Position numbers and translations under genes: made by a program | Notes under the pieces: generated by a model | Told to the model about the DNA's origin: nothing | Databases searched by the model: none | The model's input: only the letters and a program-made list of their open reading frames with translations | Source: Amoebidium appalachense | Lineage: Eukaryota; Protista; Ichthyosporea | Direction: 5' to 3' | Assembly: GCA_963693365.1 (NCBI GenBank) | Contig: CAVNZM010000004.1 | Span: forward strand, 6,981,093 to 7,045,092 | Length of the DNA: 64,000 nucleotides | Shown here: in pieces, positions 1-38,976 of the stretch | How positions within the stretch are numbered: position 1 is the stretch's first letter | Layout: each line of letters opens with the position of its first letter

Positions 1-273
1 CACCCAACCACACAAACACACACTATACCAGGCCCACACGCACCCACACCCGCACACACACACACGCATACCCCTCCCCTCTCCTCCCCCTCACCCCCAA
101 GGGGAAAAAAAAAGAGGAAAAAAAAAAGAACACAAGAAAAGAAAAAAGAAGAAAAACTTACACACCCACACCCCCACCGACACCCAAACATACACGCACA
201 CAAGACACACGCACACACATACATCCGCACCCACACCTACCCCCCCCCCCCCCCCCCCCCCACACACACACAC

Positions 274-24642
<24,369 letters not shown>

Positions 24643-25700
24643 CTGAAACGAGAAATAATGTCAGAGCAAACAACCACGACAGCTTTTAGGTGCCCTTAAA
24701 ACAGAGAGCAAGAAACACCATGAGATGGACCCCTCCTCCGCCCTCTCTCTCAACCTCTTTCCCTGCACCCCCCCTCCCCCCCCCTCCTCCCCCCCTCCTA
24801 ACCAATCCTCTCCCACACCCTCGAAGGTTTAAGAAAGATGATGAATTAATGAGAGGGGGGGAGGGCGGGGAGGGGGAGGGATCCAAGAGCGGTTCTATGT
24901 AGTAGTAGTGCATGGCTCGTTATAATTCCCTTTTCAGTCTACTTGACTCCCCCGTTCCCCTGCTCTTTCGCTCCCTCCCAACCCTACCCCCCCTCCAACA
25001 CCCTACCCATCCAACCTCTCAATGGTTTGTCTTTCATCATCAGCCTACCCCCTCCCTCAAACTCTCATATTGTCCCCCCAACTCTCCCCCCTCCCCCCCC
25101 CCCTCTTCCCCCCCCCAAAAAAGAAAAAAAAAACTATACACCCACCCACCCACCCACCCACCCGCCATCGCCCATCCCCCCGGGGTCTTTCTCCTGTACC
25201 CTCTCAGCCCTTATATCAAGACTCTCGCCCGAAGGTCACTGTCGAATGTTATTTCCTTGTTACATTACTGGCGGATGTTCACACCTCCCACCCTCCTTCT
25301 CCGCCCCACCCTCCCTCCGGGACCCCCTCCCTCCTTCCCTCCCCCTCCCCCCCCTCACCACCAACATAACTTCCCTTTCCCCCCCTCCCCCCACCGCCCC
25401 CGCCACCCCCCCCCCCCCCCCCCCCCCCCCCTCCACACCCCCCCTCCACACCCCCATACCCCCACACAGAGTGCATATCGATGCTATGTTGCACTATTTC
25501 TCAAGGACTGCCCCCCAAGCATGTCCCCAATTGGTGTGTTAACAAGCGTGAGGTCCCTTTGAGGCAAAGACTGGAAAAACCTCCACTACAGTCTCACCGT
25601 AAGTTTAACCCAGTGCCAACAGCAAACACACAGGGCCAAGCAATGACAAACACATAAGGCATAGGATGCCAAGCGACATGACCCACGTGCACAGACTCAC

Positions 25701-27117
25701 AAGTTTGTGCTCGAACACGTGCAAGTTGAATACATACACCTGCATGCACGTGCTCCTACAAGCAAACAGAATGGACGCCATTATCACAACACAAGGGTGA
25801 GCACACGCGCCATATAAGACAGCGAACATGCACGCACGCTCCGACGCACATTCACGCACGCACGCGCGCACGCACAAGCAAGAGAGAGACGGGGGGCCGT
25901 TTGAGGGAGAGAGACGCACGGACACAAACAACGGCACACGTACACAGCACACCGCTGCACACGTGTTGAAATGCACACGCACGCATGCACGCAGGACACG
26001 CACGGGCACGGTAGCCTACCACGCACCTTTGGGCCACTCCGCTTCTTGTTTCCACCCACCCAGCAAGCTGCCAGCTTCATAAACGGAAGAGTAAATCCGA
26101 AGTAAGCGCGTTTCGAAGTTTGAGCCAACTCGAAGTTGCGGAAGTTGCTGCCATTGCAGTGGCCAGTGATCTTATTATTGGCTGAAAAAAGCGCGCCAAA
26201 AATCAAAATGACGAAAGTCACAAAACAAGGCGAGGAGGCCTGACAATATCACAACATGAGGCATTATGCAGTGTGCATACACCGTGTATATCTTCATCCT
26301 GCTGAGGGGGGGGGGCGGCAGGTGGGCGGGAGGGAGGGAGGCGTTTGTAGGGGGAGAGGGGGGGGGGGGGGGGGGGGGGGGGAGGGGGGGGGGAGGGGGG
26401 GGGGGGGTGAAGGAGGGGGTCATCCGGAGTGCGCCGACCCCGGCCAATCTGCCCACTGGTGGCACCAAGCGCGTACGTGCCAGGAACATGCATGTTGATA
26501 CTGTCAGGCATCACTAGATAGTTTGGGGCCGGTGTGCACCGTGACTACAAGAACAATGATTCCTTGTCCATGCTGAGATAGTGCGTCTGCATGATCATCT
26601 AGATAGACTAGACGGCGTGCATTCTGCAGTAGCGGCCCGGGCCCCGGAAAACGCGCAGTTTTTTTTCCTTTTCTTTCTTTCTTTCTTTTTTTCTTCTTTT
26701 TTTTTGGTGGGGGGGGGGGGGGGGGGCTGATAAAAAGCTCAGTAACACGGGAATTGCTGGAGCAGTGGTTGTATCTGGGGGCACCTGACGGTGGTGTACT
26801 AAAACGGTCTGCACGTATTCATTGTATTCAACCCCTCCCCTCCTCCCCTCTCCCCCCCCCCCCCCGCCCCTCAAATCCCCTCCCCCTCCCCCTGCCCTCT
26901 CCCCCCTCCCCCTCCCCTCTTCCCCCCTCCACCCCCACCACCACCACCACCACCACTACCACCACCACCACCACCACCAAACACACCCTCTCTTTCTCTC
27001 CCCCTTCCCCCCCCTCCCCACACAGACACACACACGTGCGTGCGCACACACGCGCCCCATCACACACGCAAACACACATACGCACACCGTTTTTTCCGGT
27101 GTGCGGATGGAGGCGCC

Positions 27118-27158
<41 letters not shown>

Positions 27159-27290
27159 GCATGGGGGGAGAGGCGGGAAGCGGGAAAAGAGGAGACCTGT
27201 GGGAAGGGGGGGAGAGGGGGGGGGGGGGGGGGGGGTAAGATAACGAACCGTACACGCATACCCTTCTTCCTGATCCCCGCTCCCCACTCT

Positions 27291-27321
<31 letters not shown>

Positions 27322-27640
27322 CCAGCCCCCCCCCCCACACACACACACACTCGCGCATACACAAACACATATACCGGCGTTTTTAGGGTTGAACTTCACC
27401 AAGGCCCACGTCCCATCATTAATTGAAGGGCACCACGTGAGCTTCTGAGAACGATTGTGGACATGCATGCTTAGGGCATTGATTAGCAATTGCAGGCACC
27501 CTTGAACTTTCACCGATTGTTCTATTTTCAATGCTAATTCCATGTTTCCCAACGCACCTAGCTCAAGTTGCGGAAGGACTTGATCATGAGCTTCCGGATC
27601 CGTGAGTGAGCGACATCCGTGAGTGAAAAGATATGACCGC
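25701..27640 (-). other. Probable further 5' exons of the TPR gene, or a separate small gene; frame unresolved
   Basis: Unique-sequence blocks with splice-like ends at ~27375-27640, ~26017-26181 and ~25701-25739, separated by microsatellite-rich intron-like DNA. No single phase path is clearly best. Confidence 0.35.
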
Positions 27641-27679
27641 TGTAATTGGTCGAACACGCACCGGCAATTCAATCCTATT

Positions 27680-28500
27680 TTATTGCGTTTCTACTAGACA
27701 CCAAGTTAAACTTTTAAACATTTTAAATCTGTATTCATATAGGACATGATTGTGTATATAGTGGATGTATCATGCAACTAAAATACACCAAAGTAGACTT
27801 TCGAACCAGCCACGCATAAGATACAGAACAAAGAAATATCATATGCGTGGGAAAAAAGCTTTGTGAAGAGCTCCACTTTCCCCAGCCCTCAGAAGTATTT
27901 ACACTGTTACATTGCGTTTATGGACAAAACACAATACACAGGCCGCACATATAAAGTGTCCTTGTATAAACGTTCTAACCATACTCACGTTTTACAATGG
28001 CCATTCACACAGTTCGATACCATTGATCTTGTAACGTAATGAAAGATCCATTGTTCGAAGATTCAAGCAGTCACACACTCTTGCTATTTTGTGAACTGAG
28101 TTCAAATCCCATCTTTGTCTAAGTTACCAAAAAAGTGGGTGCACTTGTGTGAGCCAGAACGCGAGCCTATGCCTTTTGAGCTCATGGGCGCATCAAGGCA
28201 AAAGACACTCGCGTATTTAAAAGCGCTCTTTGCCACTTGCTGGGAGCATATGATGACCAAATTTACACACGGGCACACACGAAAACAGAAAACGTGGCTC
28301 CAGCAATCACCCAAGTAATACAGACGTGTATAATGTGTTGTGTATTATTCAAGGTGTATTATCCAAATTTCTTAATCCAAAACGCACGGGCATAGGTGAT
28401 TATATGGCATGCAAGTCACACGTACACAAAACAAAAAACTTTGGCTTGCACACTGTGTACATCGATTCCCTCTGTTAGCAAGTCTGCAATTTCCTTAGCT
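27680..28500. promoter_or_regulatory. Probable divergent promoter region between the TPR gene (-) and the arrestin gene (+)
   Basis: AT-richer, microsatellite-free interval between two head-to-head genes. Positional inference only. Confidence 0.35.
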
Positions 28501-31500
28501 ATGGCTACAGAAGGTCTTCCCACCATCACCGTTGATGGTGGCACAAGCGACCTCAGCGAATGGGTGGATACAGAGGATGAGCACACACGGACGGAGACCA
28601 CGTTAGAACAGGCATGCACACGCCAAGTACCAAACACCAACACGAGCATGAGAAGAATAAGTGGTCTGCAAGCACACACAAATGCGACCAGAAGACGGTC
28701 AAGCAACTCGGCAAGGAGACAGACAAGCGGGTTGCGTTCTGCAGCCGCACCAAGAGAGTCTAGTCATCTCCGCCCAACATCACAACAAATACGACCAGAA
28801 AGCACGTCTAGCATTCCATTCGTGCCGATTCCACTAGCACAGGCAACGTCTATCGAAGACATGATAGGGCCCATTGGTTTAGGCCCACCTGCTCGACATG
28901 CAGAGAGCATGTCTGCCATCCCAACCCTGGGGTCTGGATCGGTTGATAGCTCACGGAGGTCAAGCAGGGAGAATCATGGGGGCACATCTACACCTCGTAG
29001 GCGAAGTTCGGCAACTGCACGGTTGCAGGGAGGGGATACATTCTCAACACATAGAAGGCAGAAGAAGGGGAAGTCTGGTTCGCAGGCAAAGAAAACAGCA
29101 AAACTTGCCAAATATGGGCAGTTCTCAATAGAGCCAGGAAGGAAGGTCTACTACGACAACGACTGCGTTTCTGGAAAGGTTTACGTGAAGATGTTTCGAT
29201 CGCTCGATGTGAAACGGTTGACGTTGCGTTTAAGGGCGCTGTTCAAGCTCAAAGTCCACCACACGACGGTGATGAAAGTGCGCTTGCACGAGACGGAACA
29301 GACGCTCACGAGCAATGTGTACCTGAAAAAACAGAAGGATGACGGTGGCGATGAGGGGCCAGAAAGGTACGAGTTTGACTTTTCGATCGACATGGCGGAT
29401 GGGGTGCCCGGGTCGGCGTTCTATTTGGAGAAGGTGTCGCAGGGGGAGGCGGTGTCGGTCGGGTGGTCGTTGGAGCTGTGGTGTGAGCTGAATGATAAGG
29501 TGTGTGTTTCCAATTATGGTAACTGTAGGGTGGTTGGTGTTTCTGTAACGTTTACTTGATGTAATAACTGGTGTTCCCAGGTCTTCGGTGTAGTATGGGT
29601 GCCATTTATGTTTCCGAATGCAAGTGCTGGGGATGATCTTAAGGGGTAATCGTTTAGAGGAGTTACTTAGTTTGGAGAGTAAAGGTGTGTTTTTTGTTTT
29701 TTTTTTTTGTTTTTGTTTTTTTGTTTTTTTTGTTTTTTTTGGGGGGGGGGGGGGAGGGGGGGAGGATCGGAGGGGGGGGAGGGGGGGGGCTGTGGAAATA
29801 TGGGAATTTTCGGGTGCATGTACATCATAGTGTGGTTGTTGCTATTTGCATATTTCCATGCATGCATTTTCTTTTTCCCAGTGTCCATTTGCGGCCACCG
29901 TTTCCCCTCCCTCACCCTATCTCTTTCTCCTTTGTTTCCTTTTGTGGCTGTTTGTCGGTCTGTGCGTGTATGCCTGTGTGTATCATAACACGGTGGGGGG
30001 TGGGGGTTGGCCTGGGTGCGAGGGAAAGGGGGGAGGGGGGATGAGCCGGGGCATCTAAGCATGAGAAGGGAGTGGTGGTTTGCCGGGGAGTAGGGGGAGG
30101 GGGGAAGGTGGGGCCGATGGGTGTTTGTGTATGTGTTTGTTAGAGGACTGTGAAACGGGAGGAGGGAAGGGATACGTGCAGAAGACAAACCCATAGACAG
30201 GCTCTGCTTTGCTTTGTTGAGCATACAACCCCCTACATCCCTCCCCCTCCCGCCTCCCCCTCCCCCCCCCCCCCCCCCGCGCCCCCCCCCCAAAACCCTC
30301 CCTCCCCCCCCCCCTCCCCCCCCCCCCCCCCAAAAAAAAAAGGACGTTTTGTTTTAGGACTTGAGCCCATCGGGGTTGATCTCTACTAATGTAGCATACT
30401 GTGTGCATGCGCTCAACTTCTGCGCTCAACTTTATTTTTTTTCTGAATGATATTCAGTCATGACAGCCTCCTTCTCCTTCTTCCCCCATTCACCTTTAGT
30501 AATTTTCGTCTTTGGTTTCTCGGGTTTAGGGTTTTCTTTTTTCGAATGGAAGAGGAGTGGGGTGGGGTGGAGTGTGTTTGTGTCGGGGGGGCGGCAGTAG
30601 GGAGGGGGGGGGGGGGGGGGGGGCTGTACCCGAGCTTTTCAATCTGTTGTCAAATAAAGCGGCTAATATTAGCTCTGTTGCTTTCTATAGCAAACACTGT
30701 TGCTGCTTTTACCCTCCTCCCCTGGCATGGAAACCAGCCTAATTGGTTGGGCTCGTATCTGTGTCTATTGCCTCGACAATATGTGTCCTCTGTTCTTTCT
30801 TTTTTGTGCTGGTTGTAATAGCATTTCCTTTCATTCTTCGGGATTCTTTTTCCCATTCCCTCCATGTATCGCCCCGTTTCCCCCATCGCCCCCCGGATGA
30901 CGTGGACTCCCCCTGAGGATGGCCTCTGCTTATTATGCATATTTCTTTATGTGTGGTTTGAACTCTGCATTGTGTGATCCGTTATGCACGCGCACTTCGT
31001 ACTCTATGGCACATTCAAACCCCATCCTTCCTCCTCACCACCCCTCCTCCCTGGGAGGGTACACCACAAAAACCAAATCCCCCCTTCGCTCCACGTTCTC
31101 ATACCGTTTAGGATGTCAGACACACCATTCCTTTTTCGAGCTGTCACTAGTCTTTCTCCTTTTCTCCATACATTTACGTACCATATGTATAACACACAGA
31201 CCAAAATCCTGGCCAACAAAGTGGAGATTGTGAAAGCCGCTATGTATGTCCCACAGGTATGGGTTCCCCATGCGATTTCCGCGTTGTTCTACTTTTTTCT
31301 ACCCTCCAGAACACATTCAAATCCCAACCCGGTCTGCCTCATTAGACCTCTTTACATGTGCATTGCAGAACGGTTGTGCCCCCCCCACCCACCCCTACCC
31401 ACCACCACCACCACCCCCCAGCACTCCACCCCACAGACAGGGCACATACATATGAGTGACAAGAATATGAACAAAACCTCCCTTACCCGATTATTCTTCC

Positions 31501-32716
31501 TGCACGTATTCCCAGGTCCTATTCTCGGGACATATTCCCACACACCTACTGTGTGCATATTCCCAGCACGTGTTCCCAACATATGTTCCCGTACACATAC
31601 CATGTGCACATGAGTATTCCTAGCACATATTCCCACCACACATTCCTACCAAATAGTCCCACCAAATGTTTCCAGCCAATTCTCTAAGTAAACACCCTCG
31701 TTGCACATATTCCAAGCACATATTCCAAGCACATATTCCAAGTACGCATTCCAAGTACGTATTCCAAGCAACTACTAGTTTATAATATGCTACCAGCACA
31801 TAGCACATATTCTCACCCACCGACCACCTGTGCACCCACGTGCAGATTGGTCTGCAGCCCAAGATCTTCATGTCCAAGAACTTTCTGGACAGCTTTCTTT
31901 CCCGCAAGAAGAAGGAGGTCAAGGTCTATGCCACCCTCGACAAGGATGTCTACAAGTGTGTGCACTGCCTTCCCCCCCCCCCCTCCCCCCCCCCCCCCCT
32001 CCATCCCGCCTCGGGACCGACCTCATTGTTGCTTCTTCCACACTGGATTGTTGCTTCTTTCCTGTGCCCGTTCTCTCCGTTTTTATGCTATTTTTTCTGT
32101 CAGTCTGTCTGGCTGGCTGTCTTTCTCCCGCCGACGGTCTCTTTCACACACACTCTCTCTCTCTCTCTTCTCTCTCTCTCTCCCTCCCTCCCTCCCTCCC
32201 TCCCTCCCTCCCTCCCTCCCTCCCTCCCTCCCTCCCTCCCTCCCCCCCCCCTCTCTCTCTCTCTCTCTCCCTCTCTCTCTCTCCTCTCTCCTCTCTCTCT
32301 CTCTCTCTTCCTCTCCCCCATCGTTTTATCGTTCTCCCTATTTACCCTCTACCTCTAGCCCTCCCTGCCTTCCTCTCCACCTTCCCTGTCTCTTGCTTTT
32401 TTTGAAGTGGCATGTATCAATCCTCCTCTCCCCTCCCCCTTCCCCCCCCCCCTCCCCCCTCCCCGCCGAAATAAAATAGAGAAAAAAAAGGACTACTTCC
32501 TCCCACACGAATGCATACACAACTAACCATGTGTGTGCTTGGTATGTCTGTGTATGTGTGTGTGTGCAGGTGTGGGGAAGAGATTAGTGTCCGGGTACGC
32601 ATCCGCTGTGGGACAAGGAGCATCACCAGCATCACGGCAAGTGTGCATCAGGTGAGTGCACACGCACACACACACACACACACACACCCACACACACACA
32701 CACACACACGCGCACA

Positions 32717-32807
<91 letters not shown>

Positions 32808-33197
32808 CGTGCACACATACACAGGCACACAAACTTAAGACCAGGCACGCACACACACATGCACACGTGTGCACATACACACACAAACACAGTACCTTCC
32901 GATCCGCTACCATTGTTCTCTTCGTTCTGCCTTCCCCCCCCTCCCCCCCCCCCACCACCACTACCACCACCACCACCACCACCAAATCATCCTCCTGTCC
33001 CTAATCCGCAGCCACCGCCACCCTTAACTTGTAGTGCCAGACCGTCTACACGTCCCTGGGCAACAACACTTGTTTTCTGGGCTGTGCACCACAAACTTAC
33101 CTAACCACCCCCATCCCCCCTCCTTCCACACAGACACACACACACGCACATACACACACACACGCACAAACACACAGACACAGACAGATACGCGCGC

Positions 33198-33290
<93 letters not shown>

Positions 33291-33303
33291 GCGTGCACAC
33301 ACA

Positions 33304-33357
<54 letters not shown>

Positions 33358-33394
33358 CACACAAGCGTGCACACACACACACACACACAAGCGT

Positions 33395-33434
<40 letters not shown>

Positions 33435-33934
33435 CTCATCACGTCATCCGGCCCCGACACCCGGTCCGGCAGCATCGCCAAGGACCGTCTCAACTTCGAC
33501 CAAAAACATTCCTCGACCGAAGATTCCGATCGTGATCGCACAGATCGCACGGAAGACGACGAACATATCTACAACCTGACCCTTAATCCCAAATTCACGT
33601 GCTCGTGCCTCAAGCACCCATCCGCAACCTCCAAATCCCTATGTGAGGGGTTTGCGCACGTGACCCGTATGTGCGCACTGATTGGTGACGAGGTGACCAA
33701 TCACGATCGAGATGTGCTCCTATTGGCTCCCACGTCCAAAGTGTGTCCCCTGACCCAGACCCTGGGCATACCCCATGTGGAATACCTCGTCCACGTCAAG
33801 GTATCACCTCCCCCCCCCCCCCCCCCCCCCCCCTCCCCTCGGTTGAACCGTTCTTTCCGCCTCCCCTACGCCCTTCCCTCCCCCTTCTCCTCCGTCACCG
33901 GCCCTCTCCCTCTCCCCCCCCTCCCCTTCCCCCC

Positions 33935-33982
<48 letters not shown>

Positions 33983-34369
33983 ACACACACACACCACCAC
34001 CACCACCACCACCACCACCCCTGCCCCTAACACAGACATCTAAAAGCACACCCACACAGACATGCACAGACTGGGGGGAGGGGGGGGGGGGGGAGGGGGT
34101 GGGAAGCACATCGCCTCTAATCTCTCCACTTGCTTGGTTGCCTTCTGCACCCCCCCCCCCCCCCCCCCCCCCCCATCCTACCCCCCGCCCGTTCTTCATT
34201 GCATCCCACATTATCCCATCCCCCACCCCCCCCACCCCATCCCCCCCGGCCCTTCTCCCCTTTTTCCTGCCGATGCCCCTCCACCCATCACCAATTCCCT
34301 CACTCCCTTGTCCCCCCCCCCCCCCCCCCCCCCCTCCTCCCTCCCCCTCCCCCCCACCCCACACAAACA

Positions 34370-34404
<35 letters not shown>

Positions 34405-34786
34405 AAAGCAACAGTCACATGCACATACGTATGCGTGCCCACACACACACACTCACACACGCACAAACACACAGGTGTGTCTGAAAGGGAAAAGCACGCT
34501 CCGAGTCGACATCCCCTTTGTTCTCTCCAACGAGAGCATCGAGTCGCTCTTTGCAACCCCCCAGTGCCAAATTTCAGACCACGCGCGGGCCAACCTCGTC
34601 TCGGCCACACCAATTTTCACCCAACCCCCCCAATACGACAACGCACGGAGCTGCAGTATAGTCAGCAGTAACACGTCATCCCAAATGGATAAATTCGTGT
34701 TGGATTCGCCGCCTTCCTACCGCTCGCATGCACTTTTTACGCAAATAACAGACAGGGCGTGTTCTTCAAGTTCGACAAAACCGTAG
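28501..34786 (+). CDS. Arrestin-domain protein (arrestin N and C domains, long S/R-rich N-terminus, PPxY tail), ~641 aa
   Basis: Exons 28501-29499, 31200-31256, 31846-31955, 32570-32651, 33435-33800, 34475-34786, all GT-AG and in phase. Arrestin-like motifs: KVYYDNDCVSGKVYV, YEFDFSIDMADGVPGS, VYATLDKDVYKCGEEISVRVRI, HVEYLVHVKV, VDIPFVL. C-terminal PPQY and PPSY. Confidence 0.88.
30895..31020 (+). mobile_element. Diverged A2 3' fragment in arrestin intron 1
   Basis: GGATGACGTGGACTCCCCTGAGGATGG...CACATTCAAACCCC. Confidence 0.8.
31500..31812. repeat. Degenerate ~14-bp minisatellite (CACATATTCCMAG) just upstream of arrestin exon 3
   Basis: Repeated GCACATATTCC(C/A)AG units. Confidence 0.8.
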
Positions 34787-35145
34787 TTTTTTGTGCTCCA
34801 TAGTCTATGCATCAGAGGTGGAAGTGAAAGGATGCCATACCGATACAAATTTTTGAAAAAAATGCGGAACTGGCGGAAGTTGGTTAGCAAATGTGCTTGT
34901 AATCGATTAGACTGGCAGTGTTTTCTTTTTCTTTTCCTTTTTTAATTTATTTTTTTTCTTTTTCTGGTCACTTCTTGGACGCCGTGTTTGAAGAGTCCCG
35001 CTTCACAAGTAGCAATGGGCACATGGGCACATGGGCACATGCACCGCGCACCCTTGCGGGCACACACACACACATACACACACACACACACACACTGACT
35101 CCAATTTTCTAAAGGAGTCGCGACTTTGAACAAGGAACTGTGTTA

Positions 35146-35234
<89 letters not shown>

Positions 35235-35270
35235 TCCCACCCAGATCTGGAGGGGGTATATTTTGGGGGG

Positions 35271-35302
<32 letters not shown>

Positions 35303-37631
35303 CCTTGCCTTTTTTCGGACTCCGATTTTTCTATTGATTTGCAAAATTAGGCGGAATTTATCTAAAATTCCAAAAAGGAATGCACCGAGGTGCTGCTGTA
35401 AAGCCCATATCTCAGTAAAAGCAAATCCATCAAGTGGTTGGTGCTGCAATGCATTTAACTATTTAAATTACCTAGATCTGATGCCGCGTGTATAGGTTTG
35501 TCTGACTTATCCCACGTCCCTTCATGTATGATTTCTGGTATGGCGGCTAATAAATGCAATGCCCAAAAAAGGAGTCACCCATGGCCATGCATTGAATCGG
35601 ATGTGATGGGACCCCTGGCTCCCATGGCCGGCAAGACCGATGAAAACCCTCCAATATAGAGTGTACAGTACTGATAGTCATACATCAGATACCCTTACTT
35701 GTGCCATATGGCCGGCCAGCGCCAGTGGTTGATTACTAATACTATATATGGCCGAAATGTCGAGCGGACGCCATCACGCATACTACGTTCGTGTTGCATG
35801 TTTTATTTATTATTATGTGTGGCCCCGCGCATAGGTGGGCCGGGACTACTAGTAGTACTGCATGCGCAACCGAAATTTCAAAGGCGGCATCGATCGCCTG
35901 TATGTATGGGTGTCATTGTTGTGCGTGCACGTATGTAGGTGTGGCTAGGCCGGTTCGCAGTAGCCTTGGAAGCCATGGCCAGGACCGGTGCTGTTTGCAA
36001 GCAGCATGGTTCTTGGTCGTATTTGTCGACTGTATTTATAATAATAATAATTTGGTGTGAACAATTTTGACCAACATTACGTGTGCACCGGCGGCAAATT
36101 TGTAAGACAGTTCAGGCACGTGCACGTGCCTCCGGCCAAAAGCCGAGCTCGCAACCTATACATAAATGTTCGTGTTTCGTTGTACACATGATAATAATGA
36201 CCCGCAAGCATTCACATCAACATGTGTTACACGCAAACACGCCTTCACATGCACACACGTGTACATGCACGCGCACCGTGACACGCGTATGTATATACAT
36301 GTGTACACACACGTATACATACACACGTGTCACGCACACCGTGGCACACACAAGCACAGGCGCGCGCGCACACGCACACGCACACACGCACACGCACGCG
36401 CACGTGCACACACTGACAGGCACATGGCCCATCGCGTGCATGTGTGCCCACAGTACACACACAATCCACGTGATAGATGCCCATGATTGGCAGCCCAATG
36501 CACATTCCGCTAGTGGCACTGTGGAACAACTAGTAGCCTTCATGTGGGGCAGATATTTTGACCGCCTGTTCCACGTGTTTCACCGTATGCCAACACGGCG
36601 AAACGAAAACTACATGCACACGCAGTGGCCGAGCAGCCAAGGTGGTCATGGCACTCTCAGCAATTAGTGAATGATTCACCCTTGACTTGAACTGATAAGC
36701 GTCTAAGAATATGCCGTGGGATAGGACGTGCAGTACGTGTTAGTACGTTGATAAATACATTTACATACTATCAGCAGAAGACTACCTATACATGTACGAA
36801 CGTTTACGTGCATGCAAACATGCATGTGTGCACGAGGTGCACGCAAATTTGATCATTACCCACGTGTTTGCGGTGCGTTTTTAGCCAACCGGAGCCACGT
36901 CCGGCACATCCATGCAAAAGAATCCTCCAATCAAAGCATTGAAATTTAGACGGGGGACTAAAAGAAAACCAATGAAAAAAGCCGAGTACAGATGACTGTG
37001 GGCATGATCATCTCCCTAGCTAATATTCAACTTTGACTATCTAAGCGGCAGCCCTGGAAATTGATTGAATGGCATTCTGGCACTGCTGGCAAAACTATAT
37101 TTATTATAAACCTACCTTTTTAGTCGGCGTCCATCGCTGTATCTAAATATGCAGCCCATTATCCAATGCATTCTTTTACGATTACCAAAATCGTTTGGTC
37201 TCATACTTTTTTGTCAGACTCTAGAGTCATTTTTTAATATTGAAATATTTTATGATGTGATATGAAAAAAGAAAGTTACAATAAAATTTGAACGCTTGCT
37301 CCAGGGGGATAACTCCCATGTTCGTGATTGGCCATCACAACCACAACATGCACAAAAGCCGCATGGCCTGTGGGAAACTTATGCACAAATTGTCTTTTTG
37401 TCTTTGCGAACACAAGTGTCTCAGTTCTCACTTGAAGTTCTCCGTTTTTGAGCATTCTGCGACACGTTGAAAAGATTGAAGCACACAGACTTTCCGGCAA
37501 CTCGAAGAAACCCCGCAGTTCACCTTGCCATAACACCTGGAAAAGCTCGCTCTACCTACTTTAAACTTTCCTTCCCCAGTTCATTCTTCCCACGTCTTCC
37601 CCGTGTCAGGGGGACACATCCATTCATAACC

Positions 37632-38934
37632 ATGGCCACACACACCTTCCTTCCGCTTGCGTTCTCGCTCGCCTCTCTCCCTTTCGCCGCAGCACAGACA
37701 GCCTTCACCGATCCAACCACAAACATCACATTGCCACCCACGGCACCCGAAGTCACTCAGTGCCGCGAGCAGATCCAAGTCACAGCCCGCGCTTATACGG
37801 CGGGGGATCTGGAGGACAACTGGGAGGTTTTGCAGTACCGTACGTTCAGCATCGACTATAGATCTACTAGTCAGGAGAAAAAGGACTTCTATGGAGACTG
37901 CCAGGCTTTCAACCAGGAGCAGCTGCAGCTGAACCCCGCTGCCCAGCAGGTAAGATTTTGTTTTCTTCCTCCTTTTTGCGCTTTGTTTATCACTGCATAG
38001 CGTGTGATGATATTTGTTCAACCCATGTGCTTAAGCCGTTTCTTGGTGCTTTGTGTGGGGCGTGTGCGACGACAGTATCTCGAACGCTTCCCTTTTCCGC
38101 TTGGCGTCCTCGTTGTAGAGGGGAGTTATAGGGAGAACAACTGTTTCCGCATGCACACGAGTGTGTTTATCTGCTTGATGGCGGCCTTGTTAGCTCGAGG
38201 AACAGGGAGGGCGTGAGGGGGAGGGATATGTACGGTGGTGGTGGGGAAAGGGTGGGCGGTGGGGGTCGAAGGGGACGATCTCCTGCATAATAGAACGTCT
38301 GTATTTTTTCACTTAGCCAGGACCTGACACACACCACTTACCATAACAGATAAACAAAGCAACCGTCTCATTGGCTCCCATGCCATCCACTGGCAAGTCC
38401 CTCCCGGTTGACTCGAACCCCGTCGGGTTCTCTGTTGAGTACAAGTGGATGAAGGATCTGTTCCGTTCCAGCCCCGACCCCAGCATTGTGAACCTGTGGG
38501 CAAACCTCAATACTAAGGTGGGTACATAACGCGGTGCCCAATTTTTTCCGTTTGGTTGCTCTCACTGTTTGTGTCGGTTTGCCTTCTCCCCGTCTCCTTC
38601 ACACGCACATATATTACCCCCCCCCCCCTCCCCCCCCCCCCCCCCCTCCCCTCCTGCCTGCCCCTCGTCCCCACCACAAGCAGTCTAATCTGGGCACTCT
38701 ATCATGCCTTTATGCCTCCCCCTACCCCATGTCTGCTCTTCACCCAGCTTGTTCTGCTTCCCGAATTCTACTTTGTTTGCTTCGTGTTGCACTTGCACAT
38801 CTGCTTACTACATAGGCAGATGCTTGCAATGCAAGATCACGCGCATGTTCATGGACCTGTACAGACCGACTGGCTCGCGCGCACACACATACACAAACAT
38901 TGATGAATATTTGACCCATTTTTGCGAGCCATCC

Positions 38935-38976
<42 letters not shown>

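Noticed and set aside
28396-28500. Upstream GTG start for the arrestin ORF
   Set aside because: In a eukaryotic context the first in-frame ATG (GCTATGG) at 28501 is the plausible start.
36945-37135. Possible MITE (GACTAAAAG / CTTTTTAGTC)
   Set aside because: The inverted match is short and imperfect and no TSD was found.
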